NCBI GenBank assembly: GCA_027365525.1
Contig: DAHXMJ010000057.1
Coordinates: 9,730-73,729, forward strand
From: Acidithiobacillus sp.
Lineage (GTDB): Bacteria; Pseudomonadota; Gammaproteobacteria; Acidithiobacillales; Acidithiobacillaceae
DNA length: 64,000 nt
Direction: 5' to 3'
How positions within the stretch are numbered: the first letter of the stretch is position 1; each line of letters opens with the position of its first letter. The position numbers and the translations under genes were made by a program. The notes under the pieces were generated by a model. That model had not been told where the DNA came from. It saw only the letters and a program-made list of their open reading frames with translations, and did not search any database. This document shows, in pieces, positions 63,690-64,000 of the stretch.

Positions 63690-64000
63690 TCAATCTCTGG
63701 ATATCATTGACTGATAAAGGTTCAGGTACTGTTGAGCTGTCTGCTGCCAGCTGTAATCCTCCGACATCCCTCTGCGCTGCAGTCCCAGCCACTGTTCAGG
63801 CTGCCTAAAAAAAGCTTCTGCACGGTCGATGGCACTCCTCAGCGCGTCGGTTGTTGCTGGCCGGAAGACAAAGCCATTACCATGATCCTTGGTTCCATCC
63901 CCTGCATCGCGTACGGTATCTGCCAGTCCACCTGTCTCGTGTACAACCGGAGGGCTGCCATAGCGAAGGCTATACATTTGGTTCAGGCCACAGGGTTCAA
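63690..64000 (-). CDS. glgA: Glycogen synthase, C-terminal part (truncated by window edge)
   Basis: EPCGLNQMYSLRYG, TGGLADTV, NGFVF, M.EDYSW. Confidence 0.93.
   Translation of the reverse strand, partial: EPCGLNQMYSLRYGSPPVVHETGGLADTVRDAGDGTKDHGNGFVFRPATTDALRSAIDRAEAFFRQPEQWLGLQRRGMSEDYSWQQTAQQYLNLYQSMISRD

Overview
This is a core-chromosome window from a proteobacterium. The protein sequences and gene order most resemble Acidithiobacillia, which is an inference from recalled homologues rather than a database result. Bases 1-52.3 kb are housekeeping genes: the end of the spc/alpha ribosomal cluster, uvrA/ssb, radA-alr, dnaB-rplI-rpsR-rpsF, nagZ, rlmD, cysM, glgB, tatABC, the his operon, murA, lptD-surA, amgK-murU and kdsD-kdsC-lptCAB-rpoN-hpf-ptsN-hprK-rapZ. 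An IS256 scar lies at about 15.1-15.5 kb. The notable part is an approximately 8 kb block (52.8-61.0 kb) between an Lpp/OprI-like lipoprotein gene and nth. It carries acoP-coxB-coxA-coxC-coxD-rus plus a divergent CtaG-like gene. This is the Acidithiobacillus ferrooxidans-type 'rus' iron-oxidation operon without cyc2 and cyc1, and a strong sigma70-like promoter sits directly in front of acoP. The block may be a cytochrome-c-free, cupredoxin-fed oxidase module. The window ends with nth, a hypothetical protein, a beta-CASP nuclease and partial glgA. No rRNA, tRNA or CRISPR array was seen.
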